This document shows positions 9,639-18,652 of a stretch of DNA of 45,955 nucleotides, piece by piece. The position numbers were made by a program, and so were the translations under genes. The stretch comes from an uncultured Chitinophagaceae bacterium (GTDB taxonomy: Bacteria; Bacteroidota; Bacteroidia; NS11-12g; UBA9320), in contig CAYZWM010000003.1 of NCBI GenBank assembly GCA_964482155.1, forward strand, positions 1 to 45,955, given 5' to 3'. The first letter of the stretch is position 1. The number at the start of each line of letters is the position of its first letter. Below the pieces are notes generated by a model. That model was not told the origin of the DNA and searched no databases. It saw only the letters and a list, made by a program, of their open reading frames with translations.

Positions 9639-10118
9639 TTATGGCATCAGTTGAGTAAAAACAAAAACACCGTTCGAGGTAAAGGTAATGCGGGTCGGTT
9701 GTTTGTGGTGAGCACAATTATACTCCAGGTCATTTTTTAATTGCAAGAGAACGCTTTTCACATCTTTATTAATCAACCCATAATGACACCTATATTCAAT
9801 CGGATGCCTCTCTGATTCTACACTTTTTGTCACTATCCAGGATAAAAAAGCGATCTCTTTCGTTACCGAAAATTCCTTTTCCGAAACACCATCCGAAACC
9901 CTTCGCAATGCTCCGTCTGTGAAACAAAAACAAGGTGGTTTAGTAGATTGAGATTCGGGTTTAATGGTATAACCCTCAGCCGAAAGATTGACCAAAATAT
10001 TATTTAATCCAGCATCTTTTGCCGCATAATCATCTACAGCATTTTGAGAACAGGCTGTGAGGAACATAGTCGATAGAACACAGAATATGATTTTTTTAGA
10101 TCTAATAATTTTCAGCAA
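9639..10118 (-). CDS. Hypothetical lipoprotein (Cys/His-containing)
   Basis: TTG start. Lipoprotein-type signal KIIRSKKIIFCVLSTMFLTAC. I recognise no family. Confidence 0.55.
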   Translation of the reverse strand: MLKIIRSKKIIFCVLSTMFLTACSQNAVDDYAAKDAGLNNILVNLSAEGYTIKPESQSTKPPCFCFTDGALRRVSDGVSEKEFSVTKEIAFLSWIVTKSVESERHPIEYRCHYGLINKDVKSVLLQLKNDLEYNCAHHKQPTRITFTSNGVFVFTQLMP

Positions 10119-10290
10119 GAATGATTTTTTTAAGGTGAATTTTTTTTTGGGTCTATTGGCGAACTACATTGTTCAGTTTTTTTTATGCTAAAATACACAT
10201 ATGTCTTGAATCGACGATTTAAAACCCGTCCATTCCCCCTTCACAACAACCCAATGATTACACGTAAATCACCTATACTTGCCTCTACCA

Positions 10291-10866
10291 ATGGAACACA
10301 CACCTCTGCTTCAAAATGCCTTTAAACCTCTCCAATTAAGCCCAGAGACACATCCACAATTCTTTTCGGGCTGGGAAGAAACATCGTTTGACCGGTCTGC
10401 ATTTATTACTGAGTCTGGTGCTATTGAACGTTATTTCTATGTCGTGGTTTCTGGTGTCCAGGCCATCTACATCATTGCCAATAATGGAGACAAAAAAGTA
10501 ATCGGCTTTTCGTTTGACGGTAGCTTTTCTGGCGTCTATGATTCGTTTCTCGATGGTGCTCCATCCCACTACTTTTTAGAAGCATTAACGCCGTCAATAC
10601 TTTTACGAACCACAAAGAAACAGTACGATAGTTGGTTTGATCGTTATCCAGAATTCAACTATTGGGGAAGAATTGCACATCAACAACTTCTTATTGGACG
10701 AGTAAAACGGGAAATTGAACTCATCACGTTAACAGCCGGAGAGCGCTATGATGCCTTTATGATGCGTTGTCCACAACCGTTGCTGACCATTCCTCAGAAA
10801 CACCTGGCCTCTTATCTAAATATGACGCCAGAAACGTTTAGCCGACTAAGGGCTTTAAAATCTTGA
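10291..10866 (+). CDS. Crp/Fnr family transcriptional regulator (cNMP-binding-like domain plus HTH)
   Basis: ~190 aa. C-terminal HTH IPQKHLASYLNMTPETFSRLR with an FNR-class E-x-x-S-R recognition helix. There is no N-terminal Cys cluster. The ATG at 10291 is preferred over the TTG at 10279. Confidence 0.85.
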   Translation: MEHTPLLQNAFKPLQLSPETHPQFFSGWEETSFDRSAFITESGAIERYFYVVVSGVQAIYIIANNGDKKVIGFSFDGSFSGVYDSFLDGAPSHYFLEALTPSILLRTTKKQYDSWFDRYPEFNYWGRIAHQQLLIGRVKREIELITLTAGERYDAFMMRCPQPLLTIPQKHLASYLNMTPETFSRLRALKS

Positions 10867-10876
10867 TCTGGATCAA
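10863..10876. promoter_or_regulatory. Perfect FNR-type box TTGAT-N4-ATCAA
   Basis: The sequence ttgatctggatcaa overlaps the regulator stop codon. It is centred ~40 nt upstream of the transcription start predicted from the -7-like box at 10899-10906. Confidence 0.55.
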
Positions 10877-10898
10877 CGTTAAACCTGAAGGCTGACTC

Positions 10899-10906
10899 CA
10901 TCTTTG
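10899..10906 (+). promoter_or_regulatory. Bacteroidota -7-like promoter element (cATCTTTG, 7/8 match to TAnnTTTG)
   Basis: Lies 11 nt upstream of the DinB-family ATG and is followed by an A9 leader. Confidence 0.3.
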
Positions 10907-10917
10907 TAAAAAAAAAC

Positions 10918-11511
10918 ATGGCACGAATTCATATAAAATCGGCGCAACAGATTGAGCGCATCAACAAACTGATCAATCAACTAAGTGATTTGAATTCCAC
11001 AACAAACTCTCCGTGGATGCAGCGGCCACATGAAAAAGCCTGGAGTGCTATTGAAGTTGTCAAACACATAGTGATTGCCCATACGGTATATGTACATAAA
11101 ATTGACACGGCCTTAGCCAAACTCCAGCCTCAAGATGCCGTGCTCGAAGACATTAAATCCACCTTAATTCCATCCATGTTGATCAAGCGTTTTCCACCAA
11201 AGCAAGGGCGGATTCGTTTTAAAATGAAAACCATGAAGCAATTTGAACCAATGTTGGACATGGCCACGTTTGACCCGATAAACATCCCAACTCTTTTGAA
11301 CGACTTGAAGGACGTTTTGAACCAACTTAAGACCTGGATTAAGACGTATAGACCGCTGAATGTCAAGTCAGTACGATTCAACTCTGCCGTAGGCCCAACG
11401 GTTCGATTCAACGTGGCGGAAGCCTGTGAGTTTATATTATGCCATAATGAACGACATTTCCAACAGATTAAAAATGCGTTGGCTTTGTCCACCTCTACAT
11501 TGGGTTCTTGA
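10918..11511 (+). CDS. DinB family protein
   Basis: ~197 aa helical protein with His positions typical of the DinB_2 type (WSAIEVVKHIVIAH ... HNERHFQQI). Confidence 0.7.
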   Translation: MARIHIKSAQQIERINKLINQLSDLNSTTNSPWMQRPHEKAWSAIEVVKHIVIAHTVYVHKIDTALAKLQPQDAVLEDIKSTLIPSMLIKRFPPKQGRIRFKMKTMKQFEPMLDMATFDPINIPTLLNDLKDVLNQLKTWIKTYRPLNVKSVRFNSAVGPTVRFNVAEACEFILCHNERHFQQIKNALALSTSTLGS

Positions 11512-11583
11512 TTTTATGAATTCTTTTCCTTGAGGTCTTTCAGCAAGTCAATCAGGAGCATTTGTGAATAATATCGAAACCGC

Positions 11584-11904
11584 CTACCATTTCTTCACTT
11601 TTCCCTTTTCCTCTTCTTCAAAAATTTTATACCTCGTAAAATTGAGTAACCCCAGCATGCCTAATTTAAACAAACGCTCACGGTCTACCCCCTTGTCTAA
11701 GGCCCAGTTTTTCCATCGAAGCAGTAGCTTCCCCCAGACAAACCAACCCACAGCAGTGCCAACCAAAATGGAAGTTGACCAACCTAATCCAAATTTATAT
11801 GCAACAAATGCGGTTATGAGAATGACTATGGTTACAGGCAGATTGATCATCAATTGGCCCATAAGGATTATTTTTAACGAAGATAGTTTTTGGGGATTAT
11901 TCAT
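11584..11904 (-). CDS. Small membrane protein, unknown function
   Basis: Two clear TM helices (LMINLPVTIVILITAFVAYKF, STSILVGTAVGWFVWGKLLL) and a charged tail. The fully overlapping plus-strand ORF has implausible composition. Confidence 0.55.
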   Translation of the reverse strand: MNNPQKLSSLKIILMGQLMINLPVTIVILITAFVAYKFGLGWSTSILVGTAVGWFVWGKLLLRWKNWALDKGVDRERLFKLGMLGLLNFTRYKIFEEEEKGKVKKW

Positions 11905-11992
11905 AACAAGGCAAATATAAACTTCAAATGGACACCTGAGAATTCACTCTAAAAAATTGACGTTTGTGGTCAGAGTTAATCCAAGTTGACAT

Positions 11993-12025
11993 AAAAAAAG
12001 AGGCACGTTCACAGAACTATGCCTC
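11993..12025 (-). terminator. Putative rho-independent terminator of the CXXCH operon
   Basis: On the minus strand, gaggca..gttc[tgt]gaac..tgcctc forms a hairpin followed by a T7 run. It lies ~55 nt downstream of the stop at 12079. Confidence 0.5.
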
Positions 12026-12078
12026 CTTTCCAATATAAGTCTAACGATTCTTTCAGGTCAGCCGGTGCATAACGAAAA

Positions 12079-13563
12079 TCACCTCGCTGTAGCTCGTCTA
12101 TATCGTTCCAGCTTATTTGCTGTTACGGAAGGCAAATATTCCAACACATCGGGTGCCACAACAGGCTTACCAACAGTATCGAGCAAAAATGACATGTCAG
12201 TACCTAAAGTCGTTTGCGCAACACCATGGCAGCCCTTGCAACCACCCATGCTGTATCGTGTACCATTCAGTAATATATTTGGCATTCCGTCGTGCGGGTT
12301 ACCAATGCTGCTTCCATGAAAATCTGCTAGCGTCGTGTCCGATTCAATAACGTAATTGGCCAAAAAGAAATTAAACGAAGTCGTATCGTCTGTCGGTGCG
12401 CCTTGAACACCAACCATTCGGTAGTTTAACCAAATGGAATTCGGGTTCATATCCGCAATTTGTCCGTGAACTTCGTTCGTCGATTGCGTTACTAGATCAG
12501 GGATGGGATGAAGACGTGGATAATCCGCATGAATTTCACCTTTCTCGTTCCCATTGTTATCCAACAACACATACCCCATATCGTCTTCCTCAACATCTAC
12601 ATGTTCCCAGGTAGCAAAGATGTAATCCGGATAATTGGTGGTTTTGTGAATGATATGAATGCCTATCAATGCCAGAGTTTTGTTGTAGTAATACGTGCTG
12701 TCATTGCTTTTTTCATAAATAATTACATTCCGCGTAAAGAACTTCGATGCATCATCTTCGGGAACCAACAAACGCCAGGCCGTTTTTACCTCCATAGCTC
12801 CCTGATAGGTCGATCCAGGTTGATCCGGAATAGCGCTTCCACCACACGGTAGGCAAATTACGTTTTGGTCTGTAGGACAATTACACGTACTGGTGGCCCC
12901 TTTATAGTAGGCATTGTACGCTTCAATATTGGCCAGCGTATTGGACGTGGCTGACAACAACTTTGACTTGGTATTGTAATTGTAATACAGGTAATTGTAT
13001 TCATCTCTATTAACCTTGGCCTGGTACAAGACCATATTGTCTTTACCATATTCGCTTACATGTGCAAATACATCACACGATCCAATTTCATTGTTTTCGT
13101 CCAGGTTGTTAAATAATTCAAAACTGGCCCCATCAGCGGGGTACACCGGATCGCCAAAACTGTAATGTGGCGGTTTGTCGAATGGCAACATCATATCGTC
13201 GTAAGGTCTTAACTCCGTTCGATGAGCGTAGGTTTCCCATACCACCAAATCGGGATAGGGCGAACTGTCTGAGCTCCAGGTCCAGCTGTCATCTGGATTG
13301 TCTCGTAATCCGTTCTCACCGTAGGACGACCTCCAGTTGAGAGACAGAAATTCTTCCCATGCAAACTGGATCAAATCCGTATCGGATGCATTGGCAGCCA
13401 GATCTTGTGGCGGCAAGGGGTTAAAGTCAATTTGAAATTGGCTTGATACTTCCTCAACTTCTTCTTCAATAGCCTCTTTTTGATTTCCGTCACAGGCTGC
13501 TAAAAACAGTCCTAGACAAATCAAAATAAGCCACGACATTGTATTGTTTTGCTTCATATTCAA
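12079..13563 (-). CDS. Secreted lipoprotein with a single C-terminal CXXCH motif (putative haem c protein, unassigned family)
   Basis: Lipobox LGLFLAAC. Cys cluster STCNCPTDQNVICLPCGG. GGCKGCHG lies ~45 aa from the C-terminus. It is collinear with the upstream paralogue. Confidence 0.8.
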   Translation of the reverse strand: MNMKQNNTMSWLILICLGLFLAACDGNQKEAIEEEVEEVSSQFQIDFNPLPPQDLAANASDTDLIQFAWEEFLSLNWRSSYGENGLRDNPDDSWTWSSDSSPYPDLVVWETYAHRTELRPYDDMMLPFDKPPHYSFGDPVYPADGASFELFNNLDENNEIGSCDVFAHVSEYGKDNMVLYQAKVNRDEYNYLYYNYNTKSKLLSATSNTLANIEAYNAYYKGATSTCNCPTDQNVICLPCGGSAIPDQPGSTYQGAMEVKTAWRLLVPEDDASKFFTRNVIIYEKSNDSTYYYNKTLALIGIHIIHKTTNYPDYIFATWEHVDVEEDDMGYVLLDNNGNEKGEIHADYPRLHPIPDLVTQSTNEVHGQIADMNPNSIWLNYRMVGVQGAPTDDTTSFNFFLANYVIESDTTLADFHGSSIGNPHDGMPNILLNGTRYSMGGCKGCHGVAQTTLGTDMSFLLDTVGKPVVAPDVLEYLPSVTANKLERYRRATAR

Positions 13564-13572
13564 TGTTTTATT

Positions 13573-15057
13573 CTATTGTGCACGTGTAGGGATTGACCAC
13601 AGAAAGTCGGTTTTGGTATTGGCTGAAAACTTAAACGAATCGGCTGGATCAATATATCCATTCGGCACGTAGTTTGAATTGGGATACGCAGCCATACGAT
13701 GACAACTCATGCAATTGGAAAACACCCCAAACCAGGCTATGCTGCTATCGGCTATATTTTCCATAGCCACTGTCCCACTTAAATTCGTCTCTAAATACGG
13801 ATTATAGCTAATGAGTGGTTCTCCGCCATGCTCTGTATTTGCCGGTGCGACCATATAATAGGCTGTCCGCATATTATAATTATCCCACGGGCCTCCAATA
13901 GCACTTGGTCGATCTTTTCCGAATACGGCATTTTGGGGATAATGCGACCACCAAAACGTTTGCCAGGTCCACTTATTGATTTCTTTACCGGTAACATGCA
14001 TAGCCATAAGCAGAGCATAATTTCCTTCTTTTACCAGGTCGGCTACAGAGGCCGAGTCGCCCTTGTTCCCTTTTCCAATATCGTCGCCAGAAGTTTCGGC
14101 AAACTTGCTAAAACTATCGGCTTGCGCTTGCGTAATAAGAATGGAATAAAAATCCTCCAGAGCAACCACTGGCCAGTACTGAGCTGGTGCACCATTACAA
14201 CTCATTGGGTATAATGACCCTGGTACGAGCGTACCCGTTGGATCTACAACCACACATTGGCGCCAGGTATACGGTTCCGGATTGGTTAAATTTGTGGTAG
14301 TTGCAACCGACACACCTGCCCAATACGGCAAAGCGGTTGGTTGGTCGCCTTCAATAAACTGAAAAACAGGTTTCAACACAATAGACAAGGCATCAATTGT
14401 GTCTTTAGAAGTTTGTATTTGTCGATCTACGATCGCTGTATGATTGGTATTAAATGAATCATTGATTGCATCAAGTACCGACTTTTCATTGTAGCCCTGA
14501 TCCCAAATAAAATCAGCGACACTCTGCGTGTATCGGTTAAATGAAGTTGGACGCTCTGCCACATCTATGGGCGGTGATGTTTGTACGGAAGCATGAACAA
14601 ATTGTGTCGGGAACCCAAAGTCTCTAAACACTTCCTCGGTCTCCGAATCCCGGCTACCCATTTCAAACAATTCATGACCCGTATACCAGGTTTCCCAAAC
14701 AGGAAGTCCCGAATTGGTAGTCGTGGTAATCGACTCCCACATATCCCATGCATGCATTCGTATAGAATCCACTTCCAGGTTGGCAATCCAACCGTTGATT
14801 CGACCTGCTGTTGTTGGATACGATCTTACCGATGGTGGATCCACGTAACCGCCTGGTCCAGGTTCACTTAAACTAATGGTAGGTTTTTCTGTGGCCGGTT
14901 TTTCTGCTGGGGTGCATTGCCATAAAATCACGATTAGAAAAAAGGATAGAGTGACCAGATATTTCAATCTGAGCATAGACCTCTTCCTTTTCGCAGTTTG
15001 GTTCTTGCTTTTTGTGGTAGGCATATTTCTTAATTTTAGGTTACGACTATGAGCCAA
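13573..15057 (-). CDS. Secreted protein with a single C-terminal CXXCH motif, distant paralogue of 12079-13563
   Basis: Hydrophobic signal LKYLVTLSFFLIVILWQC. FSNCMSCHRMAAY lies near the C-terminus. The gap to the downstream gene is 9 nt. The true start may be the internal ATG at 14976 (MLRLKY). Confidence 0.8.
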   Translation of the reverse strand: MAHSRNLKLRNMPTTKSKNQTAKRKRSMLRLKYLVTLSFFLIVILWQCTPAEKPATEKPTISLSEPGPGGYVDPPSVRSYPTTAGRINGWIANLEVDSIRMHAWDMWESITTTTNSGLPVWETWYTGHELFEMGSRDSETEEVFRDFGFPTQFVHASVQTSPPIDVAERPTSFNRYTQSVADFIWDQGYNEKSVLDAINDSFNTNHTAIVDRQIQTSKDTIDALSIVLKPVFQFIEGDQPTALPYWAGVSVATTTNLTNPEPYTWRQCVVVDPTGTLVPGSLYPMSCNGAPAQYWPVVALEDFYSILITQAQADSFSKFAETSGDDIGKGNKGDSASVADLVKEGNYALLMAMHVTGKEINKWTWQTFWWSHYPQNAVFGKDRPSAIGGPWDNYNMRTAYYMVAPANTEHGGEPLISYNPYLETNLSGTVAMENIADSSIAWFGVFSNCMSCHRMAAYPNSNYVPNGYIDPADSFKFSANTKTDFLWSIPTRAQ

Positions 15058-15241
15058 CCAGTTAAGTTGATCTCATGTCTCCATCGTAAATTAGTCCTCG
15101 AGAAGGACAATACCCTAAAAAACCAGTGTGTTGCACGAAAAATGGCGACACATAACTAGTTACCTATTGGTATAAATTGCAAAATGTTGTAGAGAAACTC
15201 GCGAATTACATTTTTCAGAGATGGCCAATCCAGTACAATCT

Positions 15242-15547
15242 TCAATGATTCTGATCAGAATTTGGATGTTTTTTAGCAAATAATTTCTTCCACAAATTAC
15301 TCAACACAAAAAAAGCGATCAAAATGGTTACCGCTCCCGTATAGATTCCATTCTCGTGAAAGCCAGTCCATCCATATTTAAAAATAAACAAGCCAATGGA
15401 TATCGCAAAATTTATCAATCCATAAACCCTGTTGCCCAGGTTAGAAAAACCAAAAGCACTCAACATGCGCTGCTTCCAGACGCCTAAAATATAATGCGGC
15501 ATCGCATTCATTAGAAAGACGCCAATAAAAAAGTCAGTGATATCCAT
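15242..15547 (-). CDS. Small integral membrane protein (3 predicted TM helices), unknown function
   Basis: Hydrophobic segments FFIGVFLMNAMPHYILGV, VYGLINFAISIGLFIF and IYTGAVTILIAFFVLSNL. Confidence 0.6.
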   Translation of the reverse strand: MDITDFFIGVFLMNAMPHYILGVWKQRMLSAFGFSNLGNRVYGLINFAISIGLFIFKYGWTGFHENGIYTGAVTILIAFFVLSNLWKKLFAKKHPNSDQNH

Positions 15548-15587
15548 ACAATATTACGTTTTAAGCCACATCACAAAAACGGTCATT

Positions 15588-16208
15588 CTAACCTTGCAAA
15601 CCATACACAAATCCAACTTCAAACAGTCGGTTGTACATACCAATACGATTAAAAAAACGTTTGGAGTTTGGAAAATTGAGCCCAATCCGATTAATGGAAT
15701 AGGAATGTCGAACTCGAAAACCGAGTTTATCGTTAAACAAATACGTTGCCCCCAACAAAAAAGCGGTTTCAATTTTATTAAAGTTGGCATCTGTTACCCG
15801 GGGTCCATCGTCTATAGTGCCTCCAACATTTACGCCTAAACTTACTCCTGTGTGCACATTCAAGAAATCGTAATCCGGCAAGGTGTATGCAAAGACCAAC
15901 GGAAACTCTACATAACTTGATTTGATAATAAAGATGGGTTGAACCGCGGCATCTGGGTCATTGACCAGTTTAGCACCTTTTTGGGCAAACTTTATTTCAA
16001 ATCCAACAGATTTATGGTCGCTGATGTCGTGAAAAATCCCAATCCCGCCATTAAGGCCTACTTTATTGTACCCGCCAATGTGGTCGCCATCGACCTGACT
16101 AAAGTTGGCTCCTACTATAGCTTTGGCTTTAAAAAATTGCGCATTGGATTCAACGGGTTGAAGACAAAAGAGCATGATCAGGAATAGAATTGATTGAATT
16201 GATTTCAT
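15588..16208 (-). CDS. Outer-membrane beta-barrel (porin-family / PorT-like) protein
   Basis: Signal peptide ending SNAQ. Alternating beta-strand pattern with Gly/aromatic-rich turns over ~185 mature residues. Confidence 0.7.
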   Translation of the reverse strand: MKSIQSILFLIMLFCLQPVESNAQFFKAKAIVGANFSQVDGDHIGGYNKVGLNGGIGIFHDISDHKSVGFEIKFAQKGAKLVNDPDAAVQPIFIIKSSYVEFPLVFAYTLPDYDFLNVHTGVSLGVNVGGTIDDGPRVTDANFNKIETAFLLGATYLFNDKLGFRVRHSYSINRIGLNFPNSKRFFNRIGMYNRLFEVGFVYGLQG

Positions 16209-16283
16209 ATGGACTCAAAAATAAATAAACTTGTGGCTTATTGTTATCTTACCTCTTGTAAAAATCACTTTAACAGAATCATT

Positions 16284-16637
16284 ATGCACAAAGCAAAATT
16301 TAATAAAGACGTAGCTGGATATCTCATGCTCTTATTACTCGCCGAAGTAGATGGCGATTTTGATCCTCGAGAAGGAACAGTTATCGTAGATTTTATTAAA
16401 GAGACTTTTCCATTTGGCAGCAATTTGGAAAGTGCCGCTGAAGAAATTGGTATGCTAAAAATAGCGGACTATGGGGTTGAAATAACCAATCTCGCTGAAG
16501 ATTTTTATACGGAAAGTACGGAAGATGAACGGACGGCTTTTCTACGTTTTGCGATAAAACTGATCAGTGCTGATGAAAAAATAGATATTGAAGAAGACCG
16601 CTTAATTAATCGACTTTTCGCGGCGTGGGACATTTAA
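16284..16637 (+). CDS. TerB-like (tellurite-resistance TerB / DjlA N-domain-like) protein
   Basis: LLLLAEVDGDFDPREGTVIVDFI ... ERTAFLRFAIKLISADEKIDIEEDRLINRLF is a two-repeat helical pattern. The ATG at 16284 is preferred over the track start at 16209. Confidence 0.55.
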   Translation: MHKAKFNKDVAGYLMLLLLAEVDGDFDPREGTVIVDFIKETFPFGSNLESAAEEIGMLKIADYGVEITNLAEDFYTESTEDERTAFLRFAIKLISADEKIDIEEDRLINRLFAAWDI

Positions 16638-17368
16638 GTCGGAGGCGTTAGCCCCAAAATTTCTGCTGCTTTAGCACACGCTATTTTTTCCGCATTCTTT
16701 TTGGAATAATTCTCTGCAGTGGCAATTTCTTCCCCGTCTATGACCAAAGCGATTTTAAATTTACCGCTTTTAGAATCGCCCTTTTCGGTGAGAATCTTAA
16801 AATCCAGTTGCTTCTTACTCTTTTGAGCCCATTGGTTCACCAGGCTTTTGTAGTTGATATGCAAATTGTGAATGTCGTCCAGGTCAATATGTGGTTTAAG
16901 CAGCTTTTTATAAACGAATTTACGTGTGGCGTTGTATCCTTTGTCAAGGTATATAGCCCCGACCAGCGCTTCCAGTGCATTCCCTGCCAGGGAACTCATT
17001 ACATGCCGATTTTTGGCCAACACGTCTTCTACTTCAATGAAAGTCGTAATGCCAATTTTCATGGCCATGGTGCTTAACTGTTTTCTACTGACAATCTTGC
17101 TCCGTACTTCGGTTAAAAAGCCTTCTCCTTTAAACGGAAATTTCTTAAAAACCATTTCGGCAATAACCATATCCAGCACGGCATCGCCTAAAAATTCTAA
17201 ACGTTCATTGCTGTTTTTGAGGGTCGTGAATTGAATTTTTTCTGAAGCAGAAAGGTGGCGAAAAGCTTTTTTATACAGCTCCAAATTTCCTGGACCAAAA
17301 CCAATCAGGTTTTTTATTCCTGCCCGTAAGACTCTATCTTTTTTGTTGTTGAGAAAAGGTAGAAACAT
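16634..17368 (-). CDS. rnc: Ribonuclease III
   Basis: Signature ERLEFLGDAVLD plus a C-terminal dsRBD (KSKKQLDFKI...KFKIALVIDGEEIATAENYSKKNAEKIACAKA). Confidence 0.92.
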   Translation of the reverse strand: MFLPFLNNKKDRVLRAGIKNLIGFGPGNLELYKKAFRHLSASEKIQFTTLKNSNERLEFLGDAVLDMVIAEMVFKKFPFKGEGFLTEVRSKIVSRKQLSTMAMKIGITTFIEVEDVLAKNRHVMSSLAGNALEALVGAIYLDKGYNATRKFVYKKLLKPHIDLDDIHNLHINYKSLVNQWAQKSKKQLDFKILTEKGDSKSGKFKIALVIDGEEIATAENYSKKNAEKIACAKAAEILGLTPPT

Positions 17369-17380
17369 CAGAATATGAAC

Positions 17381-18643
17381 TTATTCTAAAAATTTCTTCA
17401 TTATGAGGGACACATTGTGCCCTCCAAAGCCAAATGTATTACTCAGAGCGGCGTTCACCTCTCTTTTTTGCGCTTTGTTAAATGTGAAATTTAATTTAGG
17501 GTCAAATACCTCATCATCGGTAAAATGATTTATGGTAGGTGGAATAATTCCTTTGGTAATAGCCAGAATACAGGCCAACGCTTCGATTGCTCCAGCAGCA
17601 CCTAATAAATGGCCTGTCATGGACTTAGTCGAACTGATATTCAGATCGTAAACTTCTTCACCAAAAACGGATTGAATCGCCTTCGTTTCGGCCAGATCAC
17701 CTAGCGGTGTTGACGTTCCGTGAACGTTGACGTAATCAATATCGCTCAATCCCAGGTTCGCTTCAGCTAAGGCATACCTCATTGCATTACTGGCTCCCAA
17801 CCCTTCTGGATGTGGTGCCGTAATGTGATGAGCATCTGCAGATAAACCACCACCTGCAATTTCACAATAAATATGTGCCCCTCTCGCCTGAGCGTGTTCT
17901 AATGTTTCAAGCACCAAAGCCGCTGCACCTTCTCCCAACACAAAACCATCACGGTCTTTGTCAAAAGGTCGACTTGCCGTAGCAGGATCATCATTCCGAC
18001 CACTTAATGCCTTCATAGAATTAAAACCTCCCATTGACAGCTCGTTTACACAAGCCTCCGATCCACCAGTAATCATCACATCTGCCTTACCTGTTCTTAA
18101 ATAAGTAAATGCATCCATAATGGCATTGTTGGACGACGCACATGCGCTAACTGTCGTAAAGTTGGGTCCTCTGAAATTGTATTTCATTGAGATATAACCA
18201 CCGGCTATATCTGAAATCATCATAGGAATAAAAAACGGGCTTATTCGAGGAGTACCGTCACCTTCTAAAAAGGCACGCGTTTCGTTTAGTAGGGTGTGAA
18301 GCCCACCAATTCCTGATCCCCAAATTACTCCGCTTCTATCTGGATCTGGTCCACTATCTTCACTTGCCGTAAAACCCGCATCGTTCATTGCTTCTGCAGC
18401 AACTACCATGGCATAATGGGTATACGGATCCATGCGTCTGTATTCGCGTCGATCCAAATGATCTTCAACCTTAAAGTTTTTCACCTCGCAAGCAAAGCGG
18501 GTCTTAAACTTCTCAGGGTCAAATCGAGTAATAATCTCGGCACCACTAACACCCTTTTCTAGGTTTTCCCAAAACTCTTTTCTGGAATTGCCTATAGGTG
18601 TTAGTGCCCCGAGACCAGTCACAACAACTCTTTTGAATTGCAT
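17381..18643 (-). CDS. fabF: Beta-ketoacyl-ACP synthase II
   Basis: RVVVTGLGALTPIG, active-site ACASS, HGTSTPLGD and FGFGGHN motifs. Confidence 0.95.
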   Translation of the reverse strand: MQFKRVVVTGLGALTPIGNSRKEFWENLEKGVSGAEIITRFDPEKFKTRFACEVKNFKVEDHLDRREYRRMDPYTHYAMVVAAEAMNDAGFTASEDSGPDPDRSGVIWGSGIGGLHTLLNETRAFLEGDGTPRISPFFIPMMISDIAGGYISMKYNFRGPNFTTVSACASSNNAIMDAFTYLRTGKADVMITGGSEACVNELSMGGFNSMKALSGRNDDPATASRPFDKDRDGFVLGEGAAALVLETLEHAQARGAHIYCEIAGGGLSADAHHITAPHPEGLGASNAMRYALAEANLGLSDIDYVNVHGTSTPLGDLAETKAIQSVFGEEVYDLNISSTKSMTGHLLGAAGAIEALACILAITKGIIPPTINHFTDDEVFDPKLNFTFNKAQKREVNAALSNTFGFGGHNVSLIMKKFLE

Positions 18644-18652
18644 GACCTAAAA

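Noticed and set aside
11564-11920. 118-aa plus-strand ORF fully overlapping the 106-aa minus-strand ORF.
   Set aside because: The plus-strand product is Ser/Pro/Asn-rich with no structure-like pattern. The minus-strand product has two clean TM helices. I kept only the minus-strand call.
15058-15241. A second FNR-type box or TAnnTTTG promoter upstream of the CXXCH operon, which would link it to the Crp/Fnr regulator.
   Set aside because: Only a half-site (TTGAT at about 15067-15071, followed by ctca TGTCT) is present. There is no convincing -7 box, so no regulatory link can be claimed.
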